From contig NC_081331.1 in NCBI RefSeq assembly GCF_022539665.2, positions 7,626,001 through 7,690,000 of the forward strand: 64,000 bases of DNA, in the 5' to 3' direction. Origin of the DNA: Daphnia carinata. Its lineage: Eukaryota. The notes under the pieces were generated by a model. It did not search any database. It had not been told where the DNA came from and was given only the letters and a program-made list of their open reading frames with translations. The first letter of the stretch is position 1. Every line of letters begins with the position of its first letter. This document shows, piece after piece, positions 61,701 to 64,000 of this stretch. The position numbers and the translations under genes were made by a program.

Positions 61701-62766
61701 CTTAGAACGTCGACAGTATTTACTCAATGAGTATCTGAGTAAGTTATTGAAGCCGGAGTTTCTAATGTTAAACCCTGGCCTTCGAGAATCGTTACTCCAA
61801 TTTTTCGACCGAGGTTCTTACGAACAAAGCAAAGGAACCATTTCTCGGAAGGTGTGTATTTTTACAGATCGCTATCGTTATTCGGTTGTAATTGGTTGTA
61901 AAATATAATTTATAATAGGTGGACAGCCTGATGAATCCGTTTGTAATTTCAATGCGAAATGTGACAAAAGTGGTTGGTTTCGATTCGTCTTTTATGAAGG
62001 AAAATAGCACTAACGACGAAATTATAGATAATTTGCAAACTTTGTCTGGAATCCCGTTATACGTAAGTGTAAACAAATTACATTGTTTCATTATTTCTCA
62101 AAGAGGGTATTTACAGGGCGACGGTCAATTACCTTTGCGATTTCTCTTGATTCTAATGGACGAAATTTTTGAGCTACACAATCGTAATCAATGGTTGAGA
62201 AAAAGAGTTTTCTATGTGCTCCGTGAAATTTTGCGAGCAATGTTTGGAGATGTATTTAATCAGAAGATCGTTGATTACGTAGTCACAGCTACGTCCCCGG
62301 AACAGGTTGCTGAGTTCATTCAAGTCATCAAGTATGCGAAAGTTCGTTTTCTGCCGTACAACGTTCCTTCCTGATGCAAAGTTGTGTTTGCTCTAGGTGC
62401 TCGTTTTGGCCCCATGGGGTACCTGCTATGCCTCGGCCTTGCCGTGATGAAGCCACCAAAATGCGAACTCGAGTAGCCGCCAAAATGTCTCTATTATCGT
62501 TATTTTCAGGTACGATCGCTGTTATCGCTAATATTTTTAGCTTAGAATGCTGTATCTGATATCTCGTTATCGCAGATGAAATCAAACACCTCATAGGCAG
62601 CGAAACTACTCGAGAAGGTGTTTTTCGCATATTTGAATTATTTCAAAATCCTGTTCTAAATCGACGATTGTTCTACGTGATTTTCGAAGCCGTGGTTGAC
62701 ACTCTTTTTCCTGAAACTAATGTCGATGAATTGTTTGAGAAACTTCTGCAGGAAAACTCCAATTAG
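58735..62766 (+). CDS. SNX13: Sorting nexin-13-like protein (TM-PXA-RGS-PX-Nexin_C), intact multi-exon host gene
   Basis: Hydrophobic N-terminus; PXA IDDALQDLLQYIIRDHVENWY; RGS LEEILKNSVALSYMLDFM; PX WVVYRRYSDFHDFH and FPAKRAFNNMDKLFLERR; Nexin_C NQWLR, SPEQVA, FWPHG, DEIKHLIGSETTREG, LNRRL; GT-AG introns in phase where checked; stop TAG at 62764-62766. Confidence 0.92.
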
Positions 62767-63311
62767 TGTTGAACTTCGCTTTCTAAAACTTAATTGTATT
62801 CTGTTACGCTTTGTTGTCGTATTTTCGAAATACCTCGCTGGAGTGATATAAAAAAAAAAATACATGGCATGCTGACGATGCTGTTCATTCTCCACGTCAG
62901 CGCACAACGTCCTTATCCATTATTTACAAATAATGGGTGTTATAATGTCGTTTGTTTGTACGTAACAAAGGAGAAACATGTAAGAACGAAAAATGTCAGT
63001 CACATAATTTGAAGTTTATTACGCACTAGCCATGTTACGAACCATCCCCAGAGGCATTATTAGAACTGTCCTCACAAACAACTCGGAAAGAGAACTAGTA
63101 AACTTACGAGCGGATAAGGGGGTCACGAAAGCATCACAATTCTCATCCGTAACATATCATAGAACAAGAGCACCCACCAAAACTATTACACTTCTATTTA
63201 ACACATCATCTCCCATTGAAGTTGGGGTTGCGCATGAAATCTGCACATAAAGCAGAATATCTCAAACCAAGTTACTAAAATTTCGGCCATACTGAGGAAT
63301 GCTGACTCATA

Positions 63312-63345
63312 CAGCGTGTCCCATAAAAATCGGACCATTTTCGTT
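63312..63345 (+). mobile_element. Possible Tc1/mariner terminal fragment
   Basis: TA|CAGCGTGTCCCATAAAAA; no partner TIR found. Confidence 0.35.
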
Positions 63346-63746
63346 AAATAAAAACGCCCCCTATTGTAAACCTATACAATGACATAGGGATTTAGGCTAA
63401 ATTTGAGCATATTGTTGCGAAGGAAAGATAGCAGATATTGCTATCTCTTCTAAGAGACGCTACATCGAAACTCGTAATTACGTATGTTGAGCTTTCCGTG
63501 AAGAATCATGTAATACACGTAGGTAAATTTCATGCAACGTTCAACACGGCGAATTTATACAGCCCTAGGGAAGAGACGTGTCTTTGCAAAAGTAGTATAA
63601 AAAATCATCTAACTCCCTCACCCCAGATCTCTCTCTCTCGACGAGTTGCTTAGAAAAGTAAGTACCGTTAGTCGTTCTTTTCCCTTCAATCACATTGTAT
63701 TGTCAGAGAAAAAAAAGTTATTGAATCAAGTGTGACAAATGGTTGA

Positions 63747-64000
63747 TGTAACGGATTCTTAATCTAAGGGGTCTTAATCTAAGTTTTAAATTAAATTAAC
63801 TTATATCTCTATAGCTTAATAATCCGCTGATAGGGAGAAAAACACTGATAGAGATTCACTAGTACTTAATTTGAATTTTCAGAAACTTACATAAAGGACG
63901 TCTGCTTATGACAAGGGAAAATTTAGAAGGGTCGGCCATTGCCGACATCGGCCACTAAGAAAGCTCTGTTAAACAGTGCCCCTAGCGGCATACACAAATA
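63747..64000 (-). mobile_element. LTR of the BEL-2 family (3' or solo LTR), running off the window end
   Basis: Reverse complement of ~57190-57435 (diverged); ends CGTTACA at 63747 with no PBS following. Confidence 0.85.

Overview
Eukaryotic, AT-rich, transposon-dense window. The short (~50-80 nt) GT-AG introns suggest an arthropod such as Daphnia (inference). About 58 kb is a mosaic of nested elements, most with boundaries and target-site duplications (TSDs) readable by eye: a CACTA/EnSpm-like element carrying a captured four-exon catalase fragment; a Tc1 split by an I-clade LINE; a pogo/Tigger split by a very young BEL/Pao LTR element; a DIRS fragment; a Gypsy element whose pol runs in frame into an env-like domain; an I-clade LINE split by a MULE; and a Harbinger-type MITE hosting a second BEL that itself hosts hAT elements. 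One intact host gene, sorting nexin-13-like (58735-62766, +), starts 190 bp from the edge of the cluster. The best candidate for an undescribed system is in the young BEL element (20466-29117). A 233-codon accessory ORF upstream of gag has no ATG, but splicing from an LTR donor would create its AUG across the exon junction. The whole ~1.45 kb leader before the gag ATG is ATG-free in all three frames. Together these suggest a splice-gated switch between accessory protein and Gag-Pol. All family calls come from motif recognition by eye; no database searches were run.
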